A DNA stretch of 46,432 nt from Patescibacteria group bacterium (GTDB lineage: Bacteria > Patescibacteriota > Gracilibacteria > JAHISY01): NCBI GenBank assembly GCA_043797545.1, contig JAZDPN010000051.1, positions 1 through 46,432 on the forward strand, in the 5' to 3' direction. Below the pieces are notes generated by a model. That model was given only the letters and a program-made list of their open reading frames with translations. It ran no database searches and was not told the origin of the DNA. The position numbers and the translations under genes were made by a program. How positions within the stretch are numbered: the stretch's first letter is position 1; each line of letters begins with the position of its first letter. Shown one piece after another: positions 38,346 through 46,432 of this stretch.

Positions 38346-38484
38346 CCTACCTATCGCTCCTAGAACATCCTCTTTAGTTTCTAGTCTTATCGGCTTAGTT
38401 ATTTTATTGGGGTTAAAAGTGTCCTATTGTAAATGTTTAAATCTCACAAAGTCAAATTTGCTTGCATGCTAAAATTACTCAACC

Positions 38485-39645
38485 ATGTCTCGCGACAATC
38501 CCTTGATTTGGGTCGAAATCTCGCAATCCGCTTTGCGCCACAATTTTCAAGTTTTCCGCGAAATTGTTTCTTCGACAAGCTCAGAACAGGTGGCAAAAAT
38601 TGAGCTCGCGCCGATGGTGAAGTCGAACGCGTACGGCCACGGACTCGAGATTTGCGCCGAGATTTTTCGCCAGGCTGGAGCCGAATATTTGGCAGTCAAT
38701 TCCATTTTCGAAGCTGAAAAAATTCGCGCTACAGGAGACACCGGCAAAATTTACATCGCCGGATTCACGCCGGAGTCCGAACTGCAAAACGCCGTCGCCG
38801 CGGACGCGGAGTTTGTCGTTTACAATTTCGAAACTTTGCTCGCGCTCGAGAAATTAAATTTGGCCGCGAAGATTCATCTCAAAGTGGAGACCGGGACGAA
38901 TCGGCAGGGGATTCAGTTGCCCGAAATCCCCAAATTTCTCGAGAAAATTAAGTCTTTGAAAAAAGTTGAATTGATCGGCGTCGCGATGCATTTCGCCGAT
39001 ATCGAGGACACGACGAGCCACGAATTTGCCAAACAGCAGCTCGCCGAGTTTCAAAAAATTCGCAGCGAAATCGAAAAGCTCGGTTTTTCGCATTTGAAAT
39101 TTCACGCCGCGAATTCCGCCGCGACACTTTTGTGGGACGCGACGCATTTCGAAATTTGCCGCACCGGCATCGCGAATTACGGTCTGTGGCCGAGCGAGGA
39201 GACTTTCATCTCGCTCGCCGAGAATCGCAAAAAGAAAATTGTTTTGCAGCCAGCGCTGACTTGGAAAACGCGCATCGCGCAAATCAAAACAATTCAAAAA
39301 GGCGAGTCGGTCGGCTACGGTCGTTCGTTCACCGCGGAAAAAGAAATGAAAATTGCGATCATTCCGGTCGGCTATTACGACGGCTACGCACGGAATTACG
39401 CCGAACAGGGTGCGGTTTTGATCGCTGGCCAGCGTGCGAAAATAGTCGGTCGCATTTGCATGAATATTTTTATGGTCGATGTCACTGCGATTCCAAATTT
39501 GAAAATCGAAGACGAGGTTGTTTTGCTCGGAAAATCCGGCGACGAAGAAATCACCGCCGAGGAAATCGGAGAGTGGGGCGGGACGATTAATTACGAAGTG
39601 ACGACGCGGATTCGGGAAAATATTGGCAGGAAAGTTGTAGCTTGA
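38485..39645 (+). CDS. alr: alanine racemase
   Basis: VKSNAYGHG (PLP lysine), HLKVETG.NR.G, H.ANSA, GYYDG, GRICM, TINYE. Confidence 0.97.
   Translation: MSRDNPLIWVEISQSALRHNFQVFREIVSSTSSEQVAKIELAPMVKSNAYGHGLEICAEIFRQAGAEYLAVNSIFEAEKIRATGDTGKIYIAGFTPESELQNAVAADAEFVVYNFETLLALEKLNLAAKIHLKVETGTNRQGIQLPEIPKFLEKIKSLKKVELIGVAMHFADIEDTTSHEFAKQQLAEFQKIRSEIEKLGFSHLKFHAANSAATLLWDATHFEICRTGIANYGLWPSEETFISLAENRKKKIVLQPALTWKTRIAQIKTIQKGESVGYGRSFTAEKEMKIAIIPVGYYDGYARNYAEQGAVLIAGQRAKIVGRICMNIFMVDVTAIPNLKIEDEVVLLGKSGDEEITAEEIGEWGGTINYEVTTRIRENIGRKVVA
38565..38588. repeat. TTCGACAAGCTCA-type REP-like palindrome inside alr
   Basis: TGTTTC-TTCGACAAGCTCA-GAACA; encodes VSSTSSEQ. Confidence 0.65.
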
Positions 39646-39655
39646 AAATTAGCTT

Positions 39656-39787
<132 letters not shown>

Positions 39788-39865
39788 GTTTGAGTGAATT
39801 TAAAAGAGCAAAACCAGACTGCGAGCCGGGCGATTTTCCCAAAAATTCCCTTGCCGCGCAACGCT

Positions 39866-41029
39866 TTATTGCAAACTGTTTTTTAACTTTGAAATCTGTT
39901 CGACCAGCAAAGTATTGGAAGCCAAGATAATAATAAAAATCAGAATCAGGGAATTGCCTCCCAAGAAGATGCCACCCATGATTGCGACGATCGCTGCTCC
40001 GAGGGTCGTCACGATATTGTCCATCGCAACTCCGACGATCGCGTCGCCGATTCGGCCTTTCGGATTGACCGAAAAATTGTGTACCACGACCATTTCGCCG
40101 AAGCAGCCGATCAAGCCAGCCAGGACACCGGTAATGACAAAAGGGATATGTAGCAAATCAGAAAAGACTTCCATTGCCTTGACCATGCTTTCGGCCGCGA
40201 AAAGAATTGCCACGCCAGATAGGATTAGATCGAGCCAAATCCGCCAAGTTTTGCTTTTCAAATAGAAGAGCCCTTCTTCCAAAATATCGACTGCGTGTGA
40301 AAGCGGGCGGTTACTTTTGCGAAAACGAAAAATAGTCCAGAAACAAAGCCCCAACAAAACAAATCCAACTGGTTGGATCAATTGGTAGAGATCGCCCTTG
40401 AGATGCAGAGTTGTATTTTCGACCTTACCGAAGAGAACCATACTAATCGCACAAAAAGCGGTCAGAGCGGTCAGCGCGGTCAAAATGTGAATTGCATTAT
40501 CCATCTCGATTCGGACTGGCTTGCGAGCGTGCTTGGCAAGCGGTTTGAGTATTCCTCCAAATTGAAAAGGTGGGAACATCAGCAGGCTTTTGTTTTTCAA
40601 ATTGGCTAAGTTTTGGCGCGCGATACACCAAGTCGCATGCAAGATATTGTAAATATTCGAGCCAAAAGTCGTCGAGGCTGCGATGATGGCTAGATTTACC
40701 GATCTAGTGTAATCCGTATCCCGGACTTTCAGAGAAATTGCCGCTGCTACGACTCCGATGACCATATCTGGGAAGGCTGTTCCAAAAGCCTGCAAAAGAC
40801 CACCAGCCAGTCGAGTCCGGTCTTGCAATACATCGGTTGTTTCCTCGATCACCTTGGCCGTCCCGCGAAAAACATAACCGATTCCAATTCCGAAAATCAG
40901 GGCGATGCCCAGTAATTGCAGCCACCAGATCGGCTCATTGGCTAAAAGTCGGTCCACAACCAAAAATCGCAGACCCAAAGCCAAAATGAGGTAGCTAGCA
41001 ATTTTTAGAAATTGACCTTGATTTTTCAT
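39866..41029 (-). CDS. Ca2+/cation antiporter (CaCA) family membrane protein
   Basis: Alpha-repeat-like AFGTAFPD and GSNIYNI; ~10 TMs. Start is ATG 41029; the ORF-track extension runs through tRNA-Ala. Confidence 0.75.
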   Translation of the reverse strand: MKNQGQFLKIASYLILALGLRFLVVDRLLANEPIWWLQLLGIALIFGIGIGYVFRGTAKVIEETTDVLQDRTRLAGGLLQAFGTAFPDMVIGVVAAAISLKVRDTDYTRSVNLAIIAASTTFGSNIYNILHATWCIARQNLANLKNKSLLMFPPFQFGGILKPLAKHARKPVRIEMDNAIHILTALTALTAFCAISMVLFGKVENTTLHLKGDLYQLIQPVGFVLLGLCFWTIFRFRKSNRPLSHAVDILEEGLFYLKSKTWRIWLDLILSGVAILFAAESMVKAMEVFSDLLHIPFVITGVLAGLIGCFGEMVVVHNFSVNPKGRIGDAIVGVAMDNIVTTLGAAIVAIMGGIFLGGNSLILIFIIILASNTLLVEQISKLKNSLQ

Positions 41030-41115
41030 AGTAGCGGATTGGTCAGCCAGGTGTCTGGTGAGTTTAAGATTTGGTTTGGTGGAACCACTCGAAGTTCGTC
41101 GCAGCGAACGAAGAA

Positions 41116-41191
41116 TGGTGGAGCTGAGGGGGATCGAACCCCTGACCTCACGATTGCGAACCGTGCGCTCTACCAACTGAGCTACAGCCCC
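41116..41191 (-). tRNA. tRNA-Ala(CGC)
   Basis: GGGGCTG/CAGCTCC with G3:U70; CACGG-TTCGCAA-TCGTG; CCA. Confidence 0.96.
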
Positions 41192-41358
41192 GAGATTTGC
41201 CGGCGAAGCCACGCATCCCGCTAAGCGAGACTACAGCCCCAAAATGATTAGTAATTATTTGTATTGATTGATCCAATTTTAGATTGACCAGGATTTTAGC
41301 GGCAAGTTCTTAGAATTTCCATTCTCGCCAAGATGCTTTAAAATCAGCTTAAATTCGG

Positions 41359-41694
41359 ATGCCCTCTCACCCGCTCTATCATCTTTACCGTCAAAAAAAA
41401 TTAGTCAAATTACGGCGACCGCTTTTTCCCGAGCGGTGGGTCAAAATCTTAGACAAGATTGCAATGTTGGTCGCGATCCTCGGGCCGATCTTTACTTTGC
41501 CTCAGATTTACAAAATCTACGCTTTGCAAAACGTCGAAGGCCTCTCGCTAATTTCCTGGGGCAGCTATCTTGTTTTCAATATCCCGATGTTGCTTTACGG
41601 CATCGTGCATTGCGAAAAGATGATTACGCGGATGTATTTTTTGTGGATTTTGGTCAATGGTTCAATCGTAGCGGGGATTATCCTCTTTCACTAA
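41359..41694 (+). CDS. SemiSWEET/PQ-loop transporter
   Basis: LPQIYKI....VEGLSL, YG; three TMs. Confidence 0.85.
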   Translation: MPSHPLYHLYRQKKLVKLRRPLFPERWVKILDKIAMLVAILGPIFTLPQIYKIYALQNVEGLSLISWGSYLVFNIPMLLYGIVHCEKMITRMYFLWILVNGSIVAGIILFH

Positions 41695-41730
41695 GTTACT
41701 TTCGGCGCTCTGTGGCGTAATAATTTGTGC

Positions 41731-42288
41731 ATGCATTCCACCCCAGACGAGCTCATCGCGCGTGTCCAAAATGGCGAAACAGAATTTTTCAGCGAAGTTT
41801 ACGAGCTCTTCGCTCAGAAAATCTACGCCTTCATTTTTTACAAAACTTTTCATCGCGAGTTGGCGGAAGATCTGACTTCTCAGACTTTCATTCGCGCTTT
41901 GGAAAAAATCGCGACCTTCAATCCCAAAAAAGGCAGTTTCAATTCCTGGATTTACGGGATTGCACGCAACTCAGTCATCGATCACTTTCGCGCGCCCGAA
42001 AAACACCAAAAGATCGAAGATGTTTTCGATCTATCTTCAGACGAAAATATTTCCGCCGAGTTTGCCCAAAAAAGTGAATTTTCCGAAGTGCGCGCAGCTC
42101 TACAGAAGCTCGTTCCGCGCCAGCGCGAAATCATCGTCTTGCGCATCTGGGAAGGCTACAAGTTTCGCGAAATCTCTGAAATTCTCGGCAAAAGTGAGGC
42201 CGCCGTCAAAATGGATTTTTTTCGCGGTATCAAAAGTTTGCGCCAGGAAATCGTGGTTGCGCTGATCTTGCTACCTCTAACTTTCTGA
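41731..42288 (+). CDS. ECF RNA polymerase sigma factor
   Basis: AEDLTSQTF, F.SWIYGIARN..IDH.R, L..RQREII.LR, EISEILG. Confidence 0.95.
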   Translation: MHSTPDELIARVQNGETEFFSEVYELFAQKIYAFIFYKTFHRELAEDLTSQTFIRALEKIATFNPKKGSFNSWIYGIARNSVIDHFRAPEKHQKIEDVFDLSSDENISAEFAQKSEFSEVRAALQKLVPRQREIIVLRIWEGYKFREISEILGKSEAAVKMDFFRGIKSLRQEIVVALILLPLTF

Positions 42289-42290
42289 AA

Positions 42291-43976
42291 ATGAATTCCA
42301 AAATTCTGGACGAAATCGTAGCTGATCTAATCGCGCTTGATCCTAAGTTTGCCAAAATCGAAGTCGAGCTGCGCCGACTAGCCGCCAAACTTCTGGCGGC
42401 CAAACCTGATGCCGAGATGGATCTGATTTTCAGGCAGAGACTGCGAGGCGAGTTGCGCGCGCAGGCGTCCGATCTCAAAATAGAGTCGGAACAAATTAAG
42501 CTTTCTAATTCTTTTTCTATGCAAAAACTTTTCTTCGCGCTGGGCGGTGCAGCACTCGCGGTAGTGCTTTTTTTCAGCTACCAGCAGCTCGAAAATCACA
42601 TCGCTTTCGATTTCTCAGCTGGAATCGAATCGGTCGGGCCCAAAGCTTTTGGCTCGCTGGCGAATGATTCAGGTGCTGCTCCGGCTATGGGTAAAGGCGG
42701 AGGCGGCGGAGGAGCAGCAGCCGAGATGGCCTACCGCGATGGTGCGATTCCCGAGTTCACGATCACCAAATTCGTTTACAGAGGATCAATCAATCTGCCG
42801 ACCAGCCCAATTCAAGTTCTCAAAAGGGTCAAAAATCAGACAATCGGCGGCAGTTTGTTGCAGTCTTTGGCTGATTTCAATTTTGGCTTAGCCGACTTCA
42901 GCTCGCTCCAAAACTTGAAATTACAAAATTTTGGCTTTGCCGAAGATCGCGACCGTGGTTATGCCGTCTATGTCGGGGCGGAGGATGGCAGTGTTTCGAT
43001 TTCTCAAAACTGGCAAAAGTGGCCGAATGTTTATGATCAATGTAATGGCGCGGCGCAGGATTGTTATGAGAAAAACCGCATGAAGGAGGGCGATATGCTT
43101 TCTGATCAAGAGGATCTCCGAATCGCGGCCGACTTCGTCCAAAAATTCGGGGTTGATTTGCAAAGTTTCGGCCAGCCCGAGATTTTCAACTCTTGGCGTG
43201 AGGAGCTGGCCCGCTCGACTGAGAAAATCGGTTTTTATTTCCCTGAGCAAGTTGCGGTTATTTATCCGCTTCAAGTCGCTGGCCAAAAAGTCTACAACGA
43301 TGGCGGAACGGTCGATGGTTTGACTGTCAATATCGACCAGCGTCTCAAAGCCGCAACTGGTCTTTGGAATTTGCAAACTCAGAAATATCAAGCTTCAGCT
43401 TACGAGCCCGTCCGAGATGAAAAACTTTTCCGCAAATTTCTTGAGCGTGGCGGACTGTGGAATTGGATTCCGGAAAATTCCCAAAACGCTAGAATCGTTG
43501 AAGTAGAGTTGGGCGATCCGGAGATGGTTTTATTGAAATATTGGAATTACCAGGATAACGAAAACACGGAGCTGCTTATTCCGGCTTTGCGCTTTCCGGT
43601 CGTCAAAGTTCCTGAGGGAGAATATGTCTATCAAAAAGCGATTGTGATCCCGCTTGCAGCTGAGATCTTGGCTAATCAAGACAAAAATCAGCCTGTGCCA
43701 TATTTGAATAGTGAGCCAGTGAAGATCGATTCCGCGATTACGCCACTTGATTCGACTCGGACTGAAGCTTTGGCTGATTGTCCGCAGCTCGCACCAGTCG
43801 GACCGGACTTCTGTCCGAACGGCAAAATCGTTCAAGGTGAAAAAGATGCCAATGGTTGTCTCCCGGCGCCGACCTGCCAGAAGTCAGATGCGGAAAAAGT
43901 TGAAACCCCAGCCGAGCAAAATAATCCCGACGGCGACAATACCGAAAAACCAAGCGAGCGCACGCCAGGGAATTAA
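42291..43976 (+). CDS. putative anti-sigma factor with a large extracytoplasmic domain
   Basis: Starts 2 bp after the ECF sigma gene; P.....F...LR..L N-terminus, single TM, cysteine-rich C-terminal module. Confidence 0.65.
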   Translation: MNSKILDEIVADLIALDPKFAKIEVELRRLAAKLLAAKPDAEMDLIFRQRLRGELRAQASDLKIESEQIKLSNSFSMQKLFFALGGAALAVVLFFSYQQLENHIAFDFSAGIESVGPKAFGSLANDSGAAPAMGKGGGGGGAAAEMAYRDGAIPEFTITKFVYRGSINLPTSPIQVLKRVKNQTIGGSLLQSLADFNFGLADFSSLQNLKLQNFGFAEDRDRGYAVYVGAEDGSVSISQNWQKWPNVYDQCNGAAQDCYEKNRMKEGDMLSDQEDLRIAADFVQKFGVDLQSFGQPEIFNSWREELARSTEKIGFYFPEQVAVIYPLQVAGQKVYNDGGTVDGLTVNIDQRLKAATGLWNLQTQKYQASAYEPVRDEKLFRKFLERGGLWNWIPENSQNARIVEVELGDPEMVLLKYWNYQDNENTELLIPALRFPVVKVPEGEYVYQKAIVIPLAAEILANQDKNQPVPYLNSEPVKIDSAITPLDSTRTEALADCPQLAPVGPDFCPNGKIVQGEKDANGCLPAPTCQKSDAEKVETPAEQNNPDGDNTEKPSERTPGN

Positions 43977-44834
43977 TTTCTTCAGCATCACCGCTTCGGG
44001 CAACGAAAGTCCGGCGGCCGACATCATGAGAGCGAGGGCTGTCCCGAGTGGCAGCCCTTTTTCGGTTAGCGCAAAAATAATTGGCACGATCGAGGCTGAC
44101 CGAGCATAAATCGGCAAACCCAAAATTACCGCAGCCGGTACGCCCCAAATTTTCGAGCTTTCACCCAAAATCGCGAGGAAAAATTCCGCCGGGACGAGAC
44201 CGTGGATCGCTGCGCCAATCGCGATTCCGAGCAAAATAATCCACCACATTTGCCGAAAAATATTCAGCGCGCGCCGCGCCGAATATTTAATTCTCGCCAA
44301 AAATTCGGTCGGCAGATCTGACTGCGTCCCAAAAATATTCGCGCCTTTGCCAAAAATTTCAATCTTCTTTCCCAAGATTTTTTCCAAGATTATTCCCGCC
44401 GCGACGCCCAAAATTATCCCGCTTGCCGCGTAAAGTGCTGCGATTTTGAGTCCGAAATTGCCGGCCATCACTGCGAACACGACTTCGTTCACGAGCGGTG
44501 AAGTCGCAAGGAAAGCGAACGCGACGCCGAGTGGCGCTTCGGCTTCGAGGAAACCGAGGAAAAGAGGAATCGAGCTGCATGAGCAAAACGGCGTGACTGC
44601 GCCGAGAAACGCGGCGAGCAAATACGCACTACCGAACTTCGAATGCAAGAAGAATTTTTGCAATCGATGTGTCGGCAAAAAAGTTCGCACGAGCGAAATC
44701 ACGAAAATGACCACAAACATCAAAAGCGAGATTTGCAGTGCATCCGCGACAAAAAATTCGCTCACGTCGGCGAGTCGTCCGGGTACGAGTTGCAAAATCT
44801 CGAAAACGAAAAAATGAGCAAAATTTTCAAACAT
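43884..44834 (-). CDS. ArsP/DUF318 family permease
   Basis: TPFCSCSSIP, FL..SPL.N, KG...GTALA.M....LSLPE. Confidence 0.88.
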   Translation of the reverse strand: MFENFAHFFVFEILQLVPGRLADVSEFFVADALQISLLMFVVIFVISLVRTFLPTHRLQKFFLHSKFGSAYLLAAFLGAVTPFCSCSSIPLFLGFLEAEAPLGVAFAFLATSPLVNEVVFAVMAGNFGLKIAALYAASGIILGVAAGIILEKILGKKIEIFGKGANIFGTQSDLPTEFLARIKYSARRALNIFRQMWWIILLGIAIGAAIHGLVPAEFFLAILGESSKIWGVPAAVILGLPIYARSASIVPIIFALTEKGLPLGTALALMMSAAGLSLPEAVMLKKLIPWRALAWFFGIVAVGIILLGWGFNFFRI

Positions 44835-44866
44835 GCCCGCAGCTTAACACAAAGTTTGTGTTAAAC

Positions 44867-45346
44867 CTACTTTGCCTTCGCTTCCCGGACTTTGCTTGCC
44901 CGATCAGTGAAGAGAATTCCGTCGAGGTGATCAATTTCGTGTTGGATTGCGCGCGCATTCAGGCCTTCTAGCTCGAGGATTCTCGGTGTACCGTTTTCAT
45001 CCCAAAAGCGCACAGTCGCGGTCGCGTGACGCTCAACCTCGCCGAATATTCCCGGCAAAGAAAGGCAGCCCTCTTCGTCGCAAATCAGCTCGAGACTCGC
45101 GTCCAAAATTTCTGGATTCACGAGTGCGACGGTCTGCCATTTTTTCGGCGCGATCTTGAGATTCAAAATCACGGCGCGTTCATTCACGCCGACCTGCGGC
45201 GCGGCGAGTCCGACCCCATCTTTTGCGAGCATTATCTCCGCCATTTCTCGTAAAAACTTTTTCAACTTTTTGTCGAATTTCACTATTTTTACCGACTTTT
45301 TGCGCAAAATCGGATTGTCCGGTCCGGTCTCAATTTTCAGCTTCAT
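44867..45346 (-). CDS. def: peptide deformylase
   Basis: GVGLAAPQVG, EGCLS, QHEIDHLDG. Confidence 0.97.
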   Translation of the reverse strand: MKLKIETGPDNPILRKKSVKIVKFDKKLKKFLREMAEIMLAKDGVGLAAPQVGVNERAVILNLKIAPKKWQTVALVNPEILDASLELICDEEGCLSLPGIFGEVERHATATVRFWDENGTPRILELEGLNARAIQHEIDHLDGILFTDRASKVREAKAK

Positions 45347-46431
45347 TTTTCGGCGATTAAATAAGCCCGCAAAAATTCTTCGAGGTCACCGTCCAAAACT
45401 TTTTCCGGGTCGTGCGTCTCGAAGCCAGTACGCGCATCTTTGACCCGTTTGTCATCCAAGACATAGCTGCGAATCGTGTCGCCGCCGAAATCGGCTTTCA
45501 AATTTTTGCCGCGGAGTTTCGCTTCGGCCGCTTCTTTTTCTTCCAATTTTCGCTCGGCCAATTTCCCGCGCAAAACTTCGAGCGAGCGCGCTTTATTTTG
45601 GTGCTGGCTTCTTTCGTTTTGGCAGCTCACGACGATTCCAGTCGGGAGGTGCGTGATGCGCACGGCCGATTCAGTCCGATTCACATGCTGGCCGCCCGCG
45701 CCGCTCGCGCAAAAAGTATCGATTTTCAGTTCTTCGTCTTTGATCGCGATTTCATTCTCATCCGCCAAAATCGGCAAAACGGCGACTTTCGCGAAGCTCG
45801 TTTCCCGCGAGTGCGCACTGTTGAAAGGACTTCTTCGCACCAAGCGATGTCCGCCTTTTTCGCCTTTCAAAAGTCCGAACGCATTTTCGCCTTTGATCTC
45901 GATCGTTGCCGAGCGAATCCCGGCTTCTTCGGCTTCCGACTTTTCGAGAATTTCCGTTTTCCAGCCTTTTTGCTCTGCGAAACGCAAATACATTCGCAGC
46001 AACATTTCCGCCCAATCGGCCGCGTCGACTCCGCCCGCGCCGGCGTGAATTTCCAAAATCGCGTCGCTGGAATCGTATTCGCCGCCGAGAAAAAGCGTCG
46101 TCTCGGCTGCCTTCAATTTCGCCTCGAAATCGGCGGCTTCGACGCGAATTGCCTCGACCGAGCGCAGATTATCTTCGCGAGTCATCCCGACCAATTCCAA
46201 AAGATCGGCGTGCTGCGCGGCGAGACTTTCCCAAAGATCGCTCGTTTTTTGCAGATTGGATAATTCGCGGGCGACTTTTTGCGCTTCAGTCGGATTGTCC
46301 CAAAAACCGGGCGCGCCCATTTTATTTTCAAGTTCGGCGATTTTGGCAGCTAGATCAGAATCTTGAATTCTTTTCTTGCCTTCCAAAATCAGCTCGGTCG
46401 AATCGTGAAGAATTTTTTTGATGTCCTGCAT
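45343..46431 (-). CDS. prfB: peptide chain release factor 2
   Basis: SPF tripeptide, GGQ, FW...AQ, AGAGG..A.DW..ML.RMY. Confidence 0.95.
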   Translation of the reverse strand: MQDIKKILHDSTELILEGKKRIQDSDLAAKIAELENKMGAPGFWDNPTEAQKVARELSNLQKTSDLWESLAAQHADLLELVGMTREDNLRSVEAIRVEAADFEAKLKAAETTLFLGGEYDSSDAILEIHAGAGGVDAADWAEMLLRMYLRFAEQKGWKTEILEKSEAEEAGIRSATIEIKGENAFGLLKGEKGGHRLVRRSPFNSAHSRETSFAKVAVLPILADENEIAIKDEELKIDTFCASGAGGQHVNRTESAVRITHLPTGIVVSCQNERSQHQNKARSLEVLRGKLAERKLEEKEAAEAKLRGKNLKADFGGDTIRSYVLDDKRVKDARTGFETHDPEKVLDGDLEEFLRAYLIAEK

Positions 46432-46432
46432 T

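Noticed and set aside
41030-41212. N-terminal extension of the CaCA ORF (and of rfbD to 23323)
   Set aside because: The extensions are translations of tRNA genes; downstream ATGs give normal proteins

Overview
Core-genome window of a bacterium whose gene content looks like Patescibacteria/CPR: DUF4012 protein, CPR-style pilins, bPH-domain protein, truncated MurF-type ligase, NIF3-like protein, and scarce Shine-Dalgarno sites. This lineage call is an inference. TGA ends conserved genes (groEL, ychF, alr) and prfB is present, so the code is 11, not 25. Housekeeping genes: purM, groES/groEL, ilvB/ilvN/ilvC, murG, murF, pilT, miaA, rplJ/rplL with an L10 leader, rfbD, ychF, four type IV minor pilins, rnhA, rpsT, dnaK, alr, an ECF sigma/anti-sigma pair, def and prfB, plus tRNA-Ser(GCU) and tRNA-Ala(CGC). 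There is no transposase, integrase or CRISPR array. The unusual signal is non-coding. (1) At 23294-23541 a 76-nt tRNA-Ala-like gene with a defective anticodon arm is preceded, on the same strand, by three antisense blocks that together cover almost the whole tRNA. Two of the blocks lie in a separate small RNA with its own promoter and terminator, and their substitutions are G-U compatible. (2) Several families of short palindromic REP-like elements occur, three copies inserted in frame inside rfbD and alr. (3) Two copies of a ~190-bp covarying structured element sit at the apparent break of an ilvB-ilvN operon. (4) miaA carries a recoded replacement 3' end, with the displaced original downstream. 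Protein family calls come from motif recognition only; no database search was run.
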